From: a virus
Reading direction: 5' to 3' (one strand)
UHGV virus genome: UHGV-1360836
Length of the DNA stretch: 36,282 bases
Shown: piece after piece, positions 1 through 9,730 of the stretch
Layout of the letters: every line of letters starts with the position of its first letter
Position numbering within the stretch: position 1 is the first letter of the stretch
The notes under the pieces: model-generated
Seen by the model: the letters and a program-made list of their open reading frames with translations, nothing else
Database searches by the model: none
What the model was told of the DNA's origin: nothing
Position numbers and translations under genes: made by a program

Positions 1-313
1 GTACGGCAATGCGTGGGTGCGCGGCGATGCACAGGTTTCCGGCAATGCGCGGGTGTGCAGCGATGAGGACTATGCATACGCTCACGGTTTCGGATCTGTC
101 AACCGTACAACGACCTTCTTCCGTCTCAAAGATGGCGGCGTGGGTGTGCGGTGCGGATGCTTCTACGGGACGCTTGCACAGTTCCGGGATAAGATCCGGG
201 AGACACACGGAGAAACAAAGAAGGCACAAGAATACCTGATGCTGGCAGACCTGATGGAACTCAGATTCGAAGAGGATGAAAACGAAGTAGGAAATAGAAA
301 ATACGTTGAGTAA
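1..313 (+). CDS. Hexapeptide-repeat (beta-helix-like) protein, C-terminal part; the 5' end runs off the window start and is continuous in frame with the partial gene at 35978..36282
   Basis: Frame 2 is open from base 2. It encodes tandem six-residue units G-[ND]-A-x-V-x (YGNAWVRGDAQVSGNARVCS...), then a unique about 80-aa tail ending at TAA 311..313. The underlying DNA is an 18-bp tandem repeat. Confidence 0.6.
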   Translation, partial: YGNAWVRGDAQVSGNARVCSDEDYAYAHGFGSVNRTTTFFRLKDGGVGVRCGCFYGTLAQFRDKIRETHGETKKAQEYLMLADLMELRFEEDENEVGNRKYVE

Positions 314-397
314 TGAAAGAAGATAGTGTGATGTTAAACGCGGTGATGGCTGTGATTATTTACATCCTGCAGGCAGGACCGATTTGAAAGGAGGCGA

Positions 398-667
398 ATG
401 GAAATGAAGCTCGGAAAGACGAAACTAAAAAGAATGTTGTCAGAAGAGACAGGGATTCCGCCGCAGGATATTGCGGATTTTGGGAAGTATGAGTATTACG
501 GAAATAAAGAGCAGTTGTCGGTCGGTGGTCATACGCTGACGGCAGCTAACGGAGTGATCAAGCTTCACAGTCCTTTTGTGTGCGATGATAGAGTCGTGTA
601 CAGAAGCTGTGAAATAAAAAGAGCGCCCACAAATGAGGCGGCAACCTCAGGGCGCACTGGTAATTAA
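398..667 (+). CDS. Hypothetical small protein (89 aa) in a cassette with conserved boundary sequences; ATG 404 is an alternative start
   Basis: RBS AAGGAGG at 387..393. The ORF is flanked by a 67-bp 5' boundary and a 45-bp 3' boundary that recur at 35646..35712 and 35893..35935. Confidence 0.5.
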   Translation: MEMKLGKTKLKRMLSEETGIPPQDIADFGKYEYYGNKEQLSVGGHTLTAANGVIKLHSPFVCDDRVVYRSCEIKRAPTNEAATSGRTGN

Positions 668-697
668 TTTATTTTATATTAACACAAGGAGGTAAAG

Positions 698-904
698 ATG
701 TACATAGGTATCGGACCGGAATCCAAAAAACGAGTTCTCGAAGAAGATGCATTTTCATATGCATGCGATCGTATCTATTCCGGAACAGAGGAAGAGCAGG
801 ATGTTGCAATGCAGATCTTCCGGGAAGCCGAGAACTTCCATCTTGCGGCGCTTGAGCTGGTAGAGTGGTTTTATTCCGGCAACTGGATAAAGGGGGATGA
901 TTGA
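698..904 (+). CDS. Hypothetical protein (68 aa)
   Basis: Strong RBS AAGGAGG at 686..692, spaced 5 nt from ATG 698. Confidence 0.5.
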   Translation: MYIGIGPESKKRVLEEDAFSYACDRIYSGTEEEQDVAMQIFREAENFHLAALELVEWFYSGNWIKGDD

Positions 905-1053
905 TCTGGAAACAATCTATATCATCCGATGTTCGGACGGCTGGATGGGTTGTACTTCAGAAGGGTACGAGATGGCAGTACAGCTAGCGCAAGAACATAT
1001 AGAAGGAACAGATTTGACATATGTAATCATTTGAAGAAAAGGAGAAATGGACA

Positions 1054-1950
1054 ATGTATGAGGTAGCAACACAACAGAGTGGAGAAATGGTAAGTCGAAA
1101 TACACAGACAGAAATGATGATCAGCCGGCAGGCTCAGGAAGTGCAGGGCGCTATGGTGATCGCAAAGCGTTTTCCAAGAGATGAAGTAGAAAGCTTTAAC
1201 CGGATTATGCAGTCTTGTAAAAGGAAATCTCTTGCAGAGAGCGCAATGTATGAATATCCACGTGGGGGAACAAAAGTTTCCGGGCCCTCTATCCGTCTTG
1301 CCGAAGCAATGGCGCAGAACTGGGGAAATATTGATTTTGGAATTACGGAATTGGAGCAGAAAAATGGGGAGTCACAGGTTATGGCCTATGCGTGGGATTT
1401 GGAGACAAATACCCGTCAGGTCAAAATATTTAGTGTTCCGCATGTTCGCGGAACAAAGAAGGGAAATGTCCCGCTGACGGATCCGAGAGATGTTTACGAA
1501 ATGGTTGCAAATCAGGGAGCACGCCGGCTGCGTTCATGTATTTTGGGGATTATTCCCGGTGATGTTGTTGAAGCAGCAGTTAAACAGTGCGAGGACACGC
1601 TTATAAATGGAGAGAAAAAACCGTTGATTGATCTAGTACGAGATATGGCAGCAATTTTTCAAAATGAGTTTGGAGTACCATTGGATGCAATCGAAAAGTA
1701 CATTGGCTGTAAATCAGAAGCGTTCAGTATGCGAGATCTTGTCCGGTTAAAGAAAGTCTATACATCCCTGCGAGATGGCATGGCAAAACGTGAGGATGTC
1801 TTTGAACTATCGACACTTGTAGGCAATGAGACTGAAAGAGAGGTAAAAGATCCGTTTGCAAATCAGCAGAAGGACGGAAAAAGTTCCACAGCAAAACGAG
1901 GGGTGAAGAATGATGAGAATACAAAGAAAGCTGAGGCTGACACAGAGTAA
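1054..1950 (+). CDS. Putative phage recombination protein (single-strand annealing protein-like; family not resolved)
   Basis: 298-aa ORF with RBS AAAAGGAG. It sits immediately upstream of a PD-(D/E)XK nuclease gene, the usual SSAP-exonuclease pairing in phages. The family assignment is an inference from context only. Confidence 0.45.
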   Translation: MYEVATQQSGEMVSRNTQTEMMISRQAQEVQGAMVIAKRFPRDEVESFNRIMQSCKRKSLAESAMYEYPRGGTKVSGPSIRLAEAMAQNWGNIDFGITELEQKNGESQVMAYAWDLETNTRQVKIFSVPHVRGTKKGNVPLTDPRDVYEMVANQGARRLRSCILGIIPGDVVEAAVKQCEDTLINGEKKPLIDLVRDMAAIFQNEFGVPLDAIEKYIGCKSEAFSMRDLVRLKKVYTSLRDGMAKREDVFELSTLVGNETEREVKDPFANQQKDGKSSTAKRGVKNDENTKKAEADTE

Positions 1951-2671
1951 TTACTATTCCCCCGAAACGGATCAGCAGTATTTCTCTGTATCGCAATACA
2001 AAGATTTTATGAAATGCGAGGCTATGGCTATGGCGAAGCTTCGTGGTGAATATAAGCCAGCGATGACACGTGCCATGCTGACGGGATCTTTTGTAGATTC
2101 CTATTTTGAAGGAACATTAGACTTGTTTATAAACGAGCATCCAGCCGTGTTTACACAGAAGCAGGAGTTACGCAGTGAATTTAAGAAAGCGAATGAAATC
2201 ATTGCACGAATAAATCAGGACGATACATTCCTGCGGTTTATGTCGGGAGAAAAGCAAAGGATTATGACCTTCGAACTGTTTGGGTATCCGTGGAAGATGA
2301 AGATGGACAGCTATCTTCCCGGAATCTGCATTACTGATCTGAAAGTAGTGCAGAAATTCCGGACCCTTCCTCTGTGGCGGTATGACCTGCAGGGAGCTGT
2401 CTATCAGAAAGGTGTGGAGCTCGTTACCGGAGAACAGTTGCCGTTCTATTTGGCCGTAGCTACGAAAGAGCGGACGATTGATCTGGATATCTTCCAGATT
2501 ACGCAGCCGGTGCTTGATATTGCACTGCGTGAGATTGAGCAAAACATTGAACATTATGCACGTGTGAAATATGGCCAGGAGGAGCCGGTATACTGCGGGA
2601 AATGTGATTATTGCAAGAGCGTTAAGGAAGCTCGTATCAGGAATTATAGTGAGCTATTGGAGGGATTATAG
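1910..2671 (+). CDS. PD-(D/E)XK-superfamily nuclease (Cas4/RecB-like exonuclease with C-terminal Cys cluster)
   Basis: Contains a D...ITDLKVV (D-x-K) core and a C-terminal YCGKCDYC cysteine cluster. It overlaps the upstream gene, suggesting translational coupling. Confidence 0.55.
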   Translation: MMRIQRKLRLTQSNYYSPETDQQYFSVSQYKDFMKCEAMAMAKLRGEYKPAMTRAMLTGSFVDSYFEGTLDLFINEHPAVFTQKQELRSEFKKANEIIARINQDDTFLRFMSGEKQRIMTFELFGYPWKMKMDSYLPGICITDLKVVQKFRTLPLWRYDLQGAVYQKGVELVTGEQLPFYLAVATKERTIDLDIFQITQPVLDIALREIEQNIEHYARVKYGQEEPVYCGKCDYCKSVKEARIRNYSELLEGL

Positions 2672-2673
2672 AG

Positions 2674-4227
2674 TTGAAGTTAATTAAAATTTTGAGCGAC
2701 AAAGTACAGATCCGGACGGATCAGCAGGAATTCAGCAATGTCAGGATCAATGACCTAATCTCTATTACAGATGGGACAGCAGAGCTGGTTACGATGGTGA
2801 CGGCAGTGACAGATAACGATGCAGAAGCAGGTATTTCGGATGATGATTTCATACTGGGAGGGGCAAGCATCAAAGTGGTGGAGTGCTCGATTATTGGGAG
2901 TGTCCATAATGGAAGATTCAGTAAGGCTTTGGATCAGTATCCTACAACAGATATCACCGCCCGTGAGATTGATGGAGAAGAGTTTTCAAAGATGATCAGC
3001 CGACCGGACAGCGGGTTCTGTATCGGAAAATATGCCGTTTATCATTGCCCGGCATGGGTAGATGGCAACCGTTTCTTTCAGAGGCATTCCTGCATTGTTG
3101 GAAATACCGGTTCTGGAAAATCGGAGACAGTGACCAAGATTCTAGAGGAGACAAGCAAGCTACCGGGGGCGAATATTATAATGTTTGACATTCATGGGGA
3201 ATACGGGGAGCTGTCATATGCCCGGAATATTTCATTTAGTTCAGCAATGCCGTTTCCAATCTGGATGTTCGGATTTTCGGATATGGTCTCAAATATTTTG
3301 AAGATCAAAGAGGAGTCAGCCACGGTTGCCATGGCAGCGCTCCGGAAATGTTATAAACAGATCTGTCCCGATGGAAATGAAGGGAAGCCGGTTTATTTCA
3401 GCTATAAAAAACTGATTGACTATCTCAAAGGGCTGAATGAGGAGCAGGTGGAGACAGGAGAGTTTTACAAGACTGGAGCCAATGCAGGACTGCCTAAGAA
3501 AGTAAAAGGCGAATACAACGGACGTCTTCATAGCATTATCAGTACATTGGAATCAAAAGAAAATGATGCAAGACTGGCGTTTCTCTTTCGGGATGCTGAT
3601 CAGAGTTATCTGGCAGAACTGCTGGTTCAGATCCTTGGCAATGATAAGCCGGTCAAAAATATTGACCTCTCCAATATGCCACATGATGTTGCCATCGCGG
3701 TGATCGGGGCGGTAACAAAACTGATTTACGGAGTGCAGCAGACGTTTAGAGGTGGAGAAATTACACCGGTGACATTGGTGTGCGATGAAGCCCATGTTTA
3801 TATACCGAATAACTTTCAACTCTCTGCTTCCGAACGGCGTATGGTTGAGATCTTCGAGAACATCGCAAAAGAGGGGCGAAAGTTTGGCATGACGCTTTTT
3901 GTAGCAAGCCAGCGTCCCTCAGAACTGAACAAAACCATCATGGCGCAGTGTGCAAACTTCATTGTTTCAAAGCTGAACAATGAGACAGATAAATCTATGG
4001 TCAAAGGCATGCTGCCAGACGGAAATGAGGATATCATCGATTCCACGACTACATTCAGTCCGGGAGAGGTGCTGGTCATCGGGGATGCGGTACCGATTCC
4101 GCTGAAGATCAAGGTAGAGCTCGCAAAAGAAAGACCTCAATCCCGCACAATTAATTTCTGGGATGTATGGAAAGAAGGCTCTAAAACGGATCTGGCACAT
4201 GGAATTGACAGATATATGAATTCATAA
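2674..4227 (+). CDS. HerA/FtsK-like (DUF87-type) P-loop ATPase
   Basis: Walker A GNTGSGKS, Walker B VCDEAHVY and ASQRPSEL motifs. TTG start with RBS GGAGGG at 2660..2665. Confidence 0.65.
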   Translation: MKLIKILSDKVQIRTDQQEFSNVRINDLISITDGTAELVTMVTAVTDNDAEAGISDDDFILGGASIKVVECSIIGSVHNGRFSKALDQYPTTDITAREIDGEEFSKMISRPDSGFCIGKYAVYHCPAWVDGNRFFQRHSCIVGNTGSGKSETVTKILEETSKLPGANIIMFDIHGEYGELSYARNISFSSAMPFPIWMFGFSDMVSNILKIKEESATVAMAALRKCYKQICPDGNEGKPVYFSYKKLIDYLKGLNEEQVETGEFYKTGANAGLPKKVKGEYNGRLHSIISTLESKENDARLAFLFRDADQSYLAELLVQILGNDKPVKNIDLSNMPHDVAIAVIGAVTKLIYGVQQTFRGGEITPVTLVCDEAHVYIPNNFQLSASERRMVEIFENIAKEGRKFGMTLFVASQRPSELNKTIMAQCANFIVSKLNNETDKSMVKGMLPDGNEDIIDSTTTFSPGEVLVIGDAVPIPLKIKVELAKERPQSRTINFWDVWKEGSKTDLAHGIDRYMNS

Positions 4228-4245
4228 AGAAAGGAGACAAACACT

Positions 4246-4692
4246 ATGAAACACATTAACATTGAACAGTTCTCAAACGGAGAATTGACCCAGCAGATCA
4301 ATCGGGAGATGGAGGCGGTGGCGAGAAACATCGCGGATCCGAATACAGAGGCGAAGACAGCTCGGAAGATTACCGTGACAATCACCATGAAGCCGAACGA
4401 ACAGAGGGATTTTATTACGACCAGCATCACAACGAAGTCTGCGCTGGCACCGACGCTTGGAGCTGTGACTGCTCTCGGCATCCGGAAGGATCTGAAGAGC
4501 GGAGAGATTGAGGTGGGTGAGATTGGGAACCAGATTCCGGGGCAGATGTCTATGGAGGATATGACGGCACAGCAGCCCGCCGTACCGGTTCAGGAGATCG
4601 ACGGGAAAGTTGTTGATACGGACACCGGAGAAATCGTCGGACAGGCACCCGGCGGTAATGTAGTAGATCTGAGAAAAGCAAGAGAAGCATAA
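4246..4692 (+). CDS. Hypothetical protein (148 aa)
   Basis: RBS AAAGGAG 9 nt upstream of ATG. Placed within the replication module. Confidence 0.5.
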   Translation: MKHINIEQFSNGELTQQINREMEAVARNIADPNTEAKTARKITVTITMKPNEQRDFITTSITTKSALAPTLGAVTALGIRKDLKSGEIEVGEIGNQIPGQMSMEDMTAQQPAVPVQEIDGKVVDTDTGEIVGQAPGGNVVDLRKAREA

Positions 4693-4706
4693 GGAGGATA
4701 AGAAAG

Positions 4707-5447
4707 ATGTTTGAAGGATTAAAAGAAGCGTTACAGTATGTGAATGGACTGAAAGAAGAGAGTATGCAGCCGATCGTGACAGAGATTGCGGGGAAGACCT
4801 ACTGCAATAAGGATCTTAAAAGATACGGCAGGGAAGATCTGGCAGATCCGATCTATGTGAACACCCTTTCTGCAATGGTGGACTACATTACCGGAAAGAA
4901 GGAAGAGCTCCGGGAGAAGATGATCTTACATATCAGGAACCAGAAGGAAGTGACATTATACTCCGGTCTTCTTGCGGAGCGCCGCAGGGAAACTCTCTTT
5001 GTATGTGATGCCATCATAAACGAGTTTAGATTTGATAATTACTATGATCAGGAACGCTTTTTAATTGAACTGCAGGCGAACTTTGTGGAGAACGATGACC
5101 TGAAATTGATTATGCAGGTTGCAGGGAATATTCAGGCGGGAACAACAGCAGATTATTCAGATGATGGAATTTCACAGAAAACAACGATCAGGACTGGCGT
5201 ACAGCGTGTCGATGTACAGGTGCCGAATCCAGTGAGTCTAATTCCGTACAGGACATTCGCCGAAATTGATCAACCATCCAGTCTTTATGTATTCCGCGTT
5301 AAGGATGATGGGAACGGAGCTCCTATGTTTAAGCTTGTGGAAGCGGATAACGGATTGTGGAAACATGCAGCGATGCTTAAGATAAAGGATTATTTTGAGC
5401 ATGCACTTCCGAGCGCGTGCAAAGAAAATTTGACGATCATCGCGTAA
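4707..5447 (+). CDS. Hypothetical phage protein (246 aa)
   Basis: RBS AAGGAGG 8 nt upstream. Co-directional with neighbours at tight spacing. Confidence 0.5.
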   Translation: MFEGLKEALQYVNGLKEESMQPIVTEIAGKTYCNKDLKRYGREDLADPIYVNTLSAMVDYITGKKEELREKMILHIRNQKEVTLYSGLLAERRRETLFVCDAIINEFRFDNYYDQERFLIELQANFVENDDLKLIMQVAGNIQAGTTADYSDDGISQKTTIRTGVQRVDVQVPNPVSLIPYRTFAEIDQPSSLYVFRVKDDGNGAPMFKLVEADNGLWKHAAMLKIKDYFEHALPSACKENLTIIA

Positions 5448-5552
5448 TAGCGCTATCTCCTAAGAATTATGATAGATGTCACATGTAACTTGTAAACTGT
5501 GGTCTCATCGGTGTCGGTCTTTGTTACTGGCACCGAGGAAAGGAGAAGAAGC

Positions 5553-5993
5553 GTGCAGTCAGTCACATTTCAGGTCCCCGGAAAACCTCAAGGAAAAGCT
5601 AGGGCACGTACTGTTTACAATGCTCATCTGAAGCATTGTGTTTCGTATACGCCAGAGAATGATCTGCTGTATGAGAATTTGATCAAGACAATGTATATGC
5701 AGGCATCCGGTGGAATCCGATTTGAAAAGGAAACACCGGTTACACTTCGGATCATAGCAAGGTTTGAGCCGCCGAAGAGTGCATCGAAAAAACGCCAGCA
5801 GCAGATGCTCTCCGGGGATATTCTACCATTGAAGAAGCCGGATATTGATAATATTGTAAAGGTTGTTGCAGATGCACTGAACGGAGCAGCATATCACGAT
5901 GATACGCAGATCGTATTCACGATCGCGAAGAAAGCCTATTCCGCGGTGGAAGGGCTTGATATTACGGTTGAGGAATATACAAACGGAAGGTAG
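5553..5993 (+). CDS. rusA: RusA-family Holliday junction resolvase
   Basis: N-terminal VTFQVPGKPQGKARAR and the catalytic region KPDIDNIVKVVADALNGAAYHDDTQI match RusA family hallmarks. GTG 5553 has RBS AGGAG 7 nt upstream; the ORF is open from 5499. Confidence 0.8.
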   Translation: MQSVTFQVPGKPQGKARARTVYNAHLKHCVSYTPENDLLYENLIKTMYMQASGGIRFEKETPVTLRIIARFEPPKSASKKRQQQMLSGDILPLKKPDIDNIVKVVADALNGAAYHDDTQIVFTIAKKAYSAVEGLDITVEEYTNGR

Positions 5994-6002
5994 GTGATCT
6001 TG

Positions 6003-6857
6003 ATGGGACGTGGTGCTCCCAATAAAAAAGGTCTGACTTACTTTCCGAAGATGATAGATTTTTATGAAGATGATAAAATCTTTGATTTACTGGATCGGTA
6101 TGGTCCACTGGGTGTGACCGTGTATGACTGTATACTCTGTATCGTATACAAGCACGGATACTACGCAGAGATCCCCTTGGATAAGCTATCGAAAATGATC
6201 ATAAAGATGATCGGGAACAAGTGGGTGAAGAGCCAAAAGGCTGTCGTGCAAGTGGTGCACTTTTGCTCTGAGATAGGTCTCCTTGATGATGACCTCATGA
6301 CGAAAAACATCATCACCTCTGTTGGAATTCAGCGTCGCTATTACGAGATAGCAGTAAAGCGCATGAAAAGACGGCTCTATACAGATCAGTATTGGCTCCT
6401 CGGAAAAGCCGAGGAAGGGGAGTCTTTATTAAATGCACCCTTTAATGGAATTAATTCAGACGAAAATCGAATTTCTTCGGAAGAAAATCAAAATAATTCC
6501 GAAGAAAGTACCCTAGAAATAAAAGAAAATAAAAATATAGATAATATAGCGTTCTCCTCAGAACTGGAACGGGCGTTCCAGATGTATCTTCTTGTCCGCA
6601 AGAAGAATTTCGGAGAAATTGAAGAGGAACAGATTCAGGCATTGAGGGAAGATCTGTTGAGTTTGAGCGATAATGAAGAGGAGCGGATCGCCATCGTGAA
6701 GAAGGCAACAGCTAGCGGATGGAAGTCTTTCTATAAGACAGAAAAGAAGCGAAAAGATTTTGGAGTAAGAAAAGGAAAGAAGATAAATAATAACAATTTT
6801 GAGCGGCGGCAGTACGACATGGATGCATTGGAGAGTCAGTTGATCGGGAATAGATAG
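6003..6857 (+). CDS. Phage replisome organizer / DnaD-like replication initiation protein (DUF4373-type N-terminal domain)
   Basis: The N-terminus GLTYFPKMIDFYEDDKIFDLLDRYGPLGVTVYDCILCIVYKHGYY matches the phage replisome-organizer N-terminal pattern. The central part is acidic with low complexity. Confidence 0.55.
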   Translation: MGRGAPNKKGLTYFPKMIDFYEDDKIFDLLDRYGPLGVTVYDCILCIVYKHGYYAEIPLDKLSKMIIKMIGNKWVKSQKAVVQVVHFCSEIGLLDDDLMTKNIITSVGIQRRYYEIAVKRMKRRLYTDQYWLLGKAEEGESLLNAPFNGINSDENRISSEENQNNSEESTLEIKENKNIDNIAFSSELERAFQMYLLVRKKNFGEIEEEQIQALREDLLSLSDNEEERIAIVKKATASGWKSFYKTEKKRKDFGVRKGKKINNNNFERRQYDMDALESQLIGNR

Positions 6858-6873
6858 GAGGTACAGCAAAAGA

Positions 6874-7467
6874 ATGGAGAAAGTAACGATTGATTATAAT
6901 CGTCTCTGCCTAGAGTTGGAAAAACAGGGCAAGACAAAAGCAGATTTATCTAGGGACATGACGAAGAACAAGAACTTCGTCGGCTTGATGGAAAAGAATC
7001 CGGATCAGCCAGCGGAGGTAGAACGGCTTATGTGTTTGCTGCTCGGATTGGAACAGGGGAGTCTGATCAAGCAGGAGGAAGCAACTGGATCACAGGGAGA
7101 AATCAAGATACTGGAAAACCTGCACAAAGAAATGCGAGAAATCCATCAGGCTATTATAGAGTACGGGGAGCTTATCGAGAAAATTTGGAGTAAAGTACAT
7201 GCAAATACCCTTCAGCTTGAGAAAGTAAAGGAAGATGTTAAGGAATGTGCACAGGTGTTAAAGATGACCGATTACGACAAAGCGGTTCGTTTTTTGAAAG
7301 AGACATTGGCAGGTGGTCGGATCGATGGCGCGGAGGTATTGAGGATGGCAGATGCTACAGGGATCAAGAGAGCGGATCTCAATAAAGCAAAGAGAGATAT
7401 CGGTGTAGACACAGCACAGACAGGATACGGTAAAAATCAAAAGACATGGTGGTTTTTGTCTGAGTAA
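6874..7467 (+). CDS. Hypothetical protein (197 aa), possible DNA-binding replication accessory protein
   Basis: RBS AGGAGG upstream. Position is immediately after the replisome organizer. Confidence 0.45.
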   Translation: MEKVTIDYNRLCLELEKQGKTKADLSRDMTKNKNFVGLMEKNPDQPAEVERLMCLLLGLEQGSLIKQEEATGSQGEIKILENLHKEMREIHQAIIEYGELIEKIWSKVHANTLQLEKVKEDVKECAQVLKMTDYDKAVRFLKETLAGGRIDGAEVLRMADATGIKRADLNKAKRDIGVDTAQTGYGKNQKTWWFLSE

Positions 7468-7525
7468 AAAAAGAAAGGAGCCAGCCTCCGGCCGGGGCAA
7501 TGGTATACCGGGCTTCTTGCGAGAG

Positions 7526-8908
7526 ATGAAGAGAGATTTGATAATAGACTGCTTTGCCGGTGGAGGTGGGGCAAGCGTAGGAATTGAGATGGCGCTGGGG
7601 CGATCGGTCGATATTGCAATCAATCACGATCCGGATGCAATTCTGATGCATAAAACGAACCATCCGAATACATTACATCTGACAGAAGATATTTTTAGGG
7701 TGGATCTGAAAAAATATGTGAAAGGTCGGCATGTGGCTCTTATGTGGGCATCGCCGGACTGTACGAGCCATAGCAAGGCGAAAGGGGGGAAACCCCGTGA
7801 GAGAGGTCTAAGGATCCTTCCGTGGGCCGTGTATAAGCATACGAAGGCTATCCTACCGGATATAATCCTGATGGAAAACGTGGAAGAGATTCAACAGTGG
7901 GGCCCGCTTGACGCAGACGGACATCCGATCAAGGAGCGCCGCGGAGAGGATTATCAGAAGTTCATAACAGCCATGAAGTCTCTCGGATATGTATTTGACT
8001 GCCGGGAGCTTGTGGCAGCAGACTATGGAGCGCCTACAACACGGAAACGTTGGTACGCAATATTCCGGCGGGATGGTCGGGAGATTGTCTGGCCGGCACC
8101 GACACATTTCAAGGATAGAGAACCACACTGGAAGGCATGCGGAGATTACATAGACTGGTCTGATTTGGGACGGTCTATATTTGATAGACCGAAGCCACTG
8201 GCAGATGCGACTATGAAGCGAATTGCAAACGGAATTCGAAAATATATCATTGAAAATCCTGCACCATATATTGTAAAGGATGGGGGAAAACTGTTTGTTT
8301 CATATTTGGACAAGGCATATGGCGGGAATTATGCAGGCTGTGGGAGCGACTTGAGTAATCCGTGTAGTACTATAACAACTGTGGATCATAACCGACTTGT
8401 AACTGCATTTTTGATCCAATACCACGGAGAGACAAAGGCAGGAGAGTCCCGTGGGCAACTTCTGACGGAGCCAATAAAGACCATAGATACCAGCAATCGG
8501 TACGGACTCGTAACCGCATTTATTACAAAGTTCTATAAAAGCGGGATCGGACAGGAATGCGATGAACCGTTACACACCATTACAACATCGCCGGGGCATT
8601 TCGGACTGGTGAATGTAGTGTTGGATATTGAGGGGGGAAAGTATATCCTGAATGACATCTTCCTCAGGATGCTAAAACCGGAAGAACTGAAACTGATGCA
8701 GGGCTTTCCGAAGGATTACATCATTGACCGGGATTACAGGTGGAAATCATATCCGATTACAAAACAGGTGGCACGGATTGGGAACAGTGTTGTGCCGATT
8801 ATGGCACAGAAACTGGTAGGAGCAAACTGCCCGTATCTGAAGGTTGGAGAACGGTTGCCGAACTTCCGAACAGAGGAAGAAGGAAGTGGGCAGATTAGGT
8901 TTGTTTAA
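7526..8908 (+). CDS. DNA (cytosine-5)-methyltransferase, orphan, with non-canonical motif IV
   Basis: Motif I IIDCFAGGGGASVG, motif VI LMENVEE, motif VIII TRKRWYAIFRR and motif X IGNSVVPIMA. Motif IV reads SPDCTSHS instead of GPPCQGFS. A TTG start at 7517 is also possible. Confidence 0.75.
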   Translation: MKRDLIIDCFAGGGGASVGIEMALGRSVDIAINHDPDAILMHKTNHPNTLHLTEDIFRVDLKKYVKGRHVALMWASPDCTSHSKAKGGKPRERGLRILPWAVYKHTKAILPDIILMENVEEIQQWGPLDADGHPIKERRGEDYQKFITAMKSLGYVFDCRELVAADYGAPTTRKRWYAIFRRDGREIVWPAPTHFKDREPHWKACGDYIDWSDLGRSIFDRPKPLADATMKRIANGIRKYIIENPAPYIVKDGGKLFVSYLDKAYGGNYAGCGSDLSNPCSTITTVDHNRLVTAFLIQYHGETKAGESRGQLLTEPIKTIDTSNRYGLVTAFITKFYKSGIGQECDEPLHTITTSPGHFGLVNVVLDIEGGKYILNDIFLRMLKPEELKLMQGFPKDYIIDRDYRWKSYPITKQVARIGNSVVPIMAQKLVGANCPYLKVGERLPNFRTEEEGSGQIRFV

Positions 8909-8941
8909 GTCATTCACGAGTTGAGTGAAAGGAGAGCGGAG

Positions 8942-9097
8942 ATGAAAGATGAAACAAAAAGCACAGTAACGATCATTGAAGAGGTTTGTGAGGACATTTG
9001 CGAAAACTATTGTGAGTACAGAAATACGATAGACGACTACGGCGAGTGTGATATGCAACGAGAGAGCGGCGAATGTCCGTTAGATCGGTTGAATTAA
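8942..9097 (+). CDS. Small Cys-rich protein (51 aa)
   Basis: Strong RBS AAAGGAGAG upstream. Eight Cys arranged as C-x3-C-x3-C ... C-x6-C, suggestive of a small zinc-binding protein. Confidence 0.4.
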   Translation: MKDETKSTVTIIEEVCEDICENYCEYRNTIDDYGECDMQRESGECPLDRLN

Positions 9098-9304
9098 GTT
9101 GATTTTAATGGAGAGGTAAAAATGGAAAGCGATGCGGGAAAAGACGGATCACGGAAACGAGGCAGACCGAAAAAGGAGATGATACATTGAGTAACACAAA
9201 CAAACCAAGTGCTGCCGCGCTGATCCGAGCGCAGGGGCAGCAGATCCGGCGAGAGGCAGCGTGGGAATATTTACAGAGACGATGTGGATTAAGGGGTGAT
9301 GCGG

Positions 9305-9730
9305 ATGGAGATAACGAAGGAATTGCTCCAGGGATACCGGAGTAAAAAGGATGAGATTCTGGAGCTGGATTACATACTCAAAAACCGATGGAGAGATGAG
9401 GGGTTGATCGGGAATGACGTAATCTTTGATTACAGCAAGGGATACCCCATGCCACAGGGCGTGGTAGGATTTGACAAGGAGAAGTATGATCGCCTTCAGT
9501 GTCGGGATCAGCGACGGAAGGAGCAGCTGGAGCAGGAATGCGAGGAAATCGAGACTTTTATCGAAAATATTGATGAAAGCCTGACGAGACGGATATTCAG
9601 AATGTGCTTCGTAGATGGGCGCAGACAAAAGGATGTGGCTAAGGCAGTGCATTTAGACAGAAGTCGCATAAGCAGAAAAATAGATAGTTATCTCGAAAAC
9701 GCACACAAAGCACAAAACGCACATGTATAA
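9305..9730 (+). CDS. ArpU/RinA-like late transcriptional activator (sigma-70 region-4-like HTH)
   Basis: About 140 aa with a C-terminal HTH (RRQKDVAKAVHLDRSRISRKIDSY). It sits just upstream of the packaging module. RBS AAGGGG upstream. Confidence 0.6.
   Translation: MEITKELLQGYRSKKDEILELDYILKNRWRDEGLIGNDVIFDYSKGYPMPQGVVGFDKEKYDRLQCRDQRRKEQLEQECEEIETFIENIDESLTRRIFRMCFVDGRRQKDVAKAVHLDRSRISRKIDSYLENAHKAQNAHV

Noticed and set aside
9-239. Frame-3 ORF (MRGCAAMH...) and similar alternative-frame ORFs over the 18-bp tandem repeats
   Set aside because: These are products of reading the repeat DNA in another frame. The frame-2 reading gives a clean hexapeptide periodicity and links both window ends.
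9149-9652. 167-aa minus-strand ORF overlapping the ArpU-like gene
   Set aside because: It is antisense to a gene with a good RBS and a recognisable HTH. It has no start context of its own and sits in a uniformly plus-strand operon.
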